The notes below the pieces were generated by a model, which searched no databases, was not told the DNA's origin, and saw only the letters and a program-made list of their open reading frames with translations. Position numbers and translations under genes: made by a program. Source: Escherichia phage vB-Eco-KMB35. From it: a stretch of DNA of 43,891 nucleotides. Each line of letters begins with the position of its first letter. Within the stretch, counting starts at the first letter, position 1. Location of the stretch: the sequence record OR525704.1; one strand, written 5' to 3'. Shown here piece after piece: positions 43,349-43,891 of this stretch.

Positions 43349-43858
43349 ATGAAGCTGAAACTTAAGCAGCCATCGCCAGAGGTGGTACAAGCTGCACATG
43401 AAGAAGCTGTTAGCGCAAACCGTCGCCGTAAACGACCGCGCGGTAAACAGAGCCTTTATCAATCATCCCGTAATTCCGCCGCGTTGTGGGACCCGGGCTA
43501 TTGCGATGCACTAATCGAGTTCTTCGACCGCACGTCGTGGGAGCTTGTGCCTACGTCTAAGGGTGACGAACGCCCGCTGATTCAGGATAAACCACCGTCA
43601 CTGGCCCGCTTCGCCTTACACATCGGAGTCACTATCCCGATTATTAAGCTTTGGCTGCGTGAGATTCCCGCATTTGCAGAAGCCTATGAAACGGCGCAGG
43701 CGCTGGAAGAGGCGTACTTCACCGAGACAGGGGCCGCGGGCATCTCTGCTACGTTTGCTGCTGCGAAACTGGGGTTGAATAAAACAGTTGTCGCCGAAGA
43801 AGTACGCGACGAGCCAATCAGCGAAGTAACAATTAAGGTGGTGTCCGGTGAACGTTAA
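43349..43858 (+). CDS. terS: Terminase small subunit (putative)
   Basis: 169 aa from ATG 43349 (RBS AAGGGG); basic N-terminal region RRRKRPRGK; immediately precedes and overlaps terL start. Confidence 0.5.
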   Translation: MKLKLKQPSPEVVQAAHEEAVSANRRRKRPRGKQSLYQSSRNSAALWDPGYCDALIEFFDRTSWELVPTSKGDERPLIQDKPPSLARFALHIGVTIPIIKLWLREIPAFAEAYETAQALEEAYFTETGAAGISATFAAAKLGLNKTVVAEEVRDEPISEVTIKVVSGER

Positions 43859-43891
43859 TATCACGGCAACGGAGCCGCAAGGCGCGTTTCT
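43848..43891 (+). CDS. terL: Terminase large subunit, first 15 codons (continues at window position 2)
   Basis: GTG 43848 with AAGGTGG RBS 6 nt upstream; reading frame is continuous across the window junction into ORF 2..1228. Confidence 0.6.
   Translation, partial: MNVNITATEPQGAF

Overview
The window reads as an essentially complete, arbitrarily linearised genome (about 43.9 kb) of a tailed dsDNA phage with a long non-contractile tail, probably infecting an enterobacterium. No integrase or CI-type repressor was found, so it looks virulent. Everything here is from reading the sequence and ORF translations by eye; no searches were run, and family names (e.g. DUF2800/DUF2815, Dhillonvirus-like layout) are recollection, not verified. 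Three blocks: (i) 1-23.9 kb, + strand: terminase large subunit (its first 15 codons sit in the last 44 nt of the window), portal, MuF-like head protein, scaffold, major capsid, head-tail joining proteins, major tail protein, tail chaperone with a probable -1 frameshift, tape measure, tail-tip proteins and a 726-aa tailspike. (ii) 24.0-36.7 kb, - strand: replication operon with SNF2-like helicase, C5 DNA methyltransferase, VRR-NUC, HNH endonuclease, family A DNA polymerase, SSB-like protein, PD-(D/E)XK nuclease, primase-helicase and an AlpA-like regulator, plus a divergent Cro/XRE gene. (iii) 37.1-43.9 kb, + strand: about 20 small genes, a holin/antiholin/endolysin cassette and the small terminase. 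The best candidate for a new system is a reverse-oriented cassette inside the tail operon (11903..13652: secreted protein, HTH-metallophosphoesterase fusion, small protein) with its own promoter; its function is inference only. Other points worth a second look: two families of conserved promoter elements sharing a palindromic operator-like core, two promoter-to-terminator intervals without ORFs (candidate small RNAs), a 55-bp tandem duplication that splits a small gene, Rz/Rz1 spanins sitting in the head module 35 kb from the lysis cassette, and a holin RBS buried in a hairpin with a TTG start.
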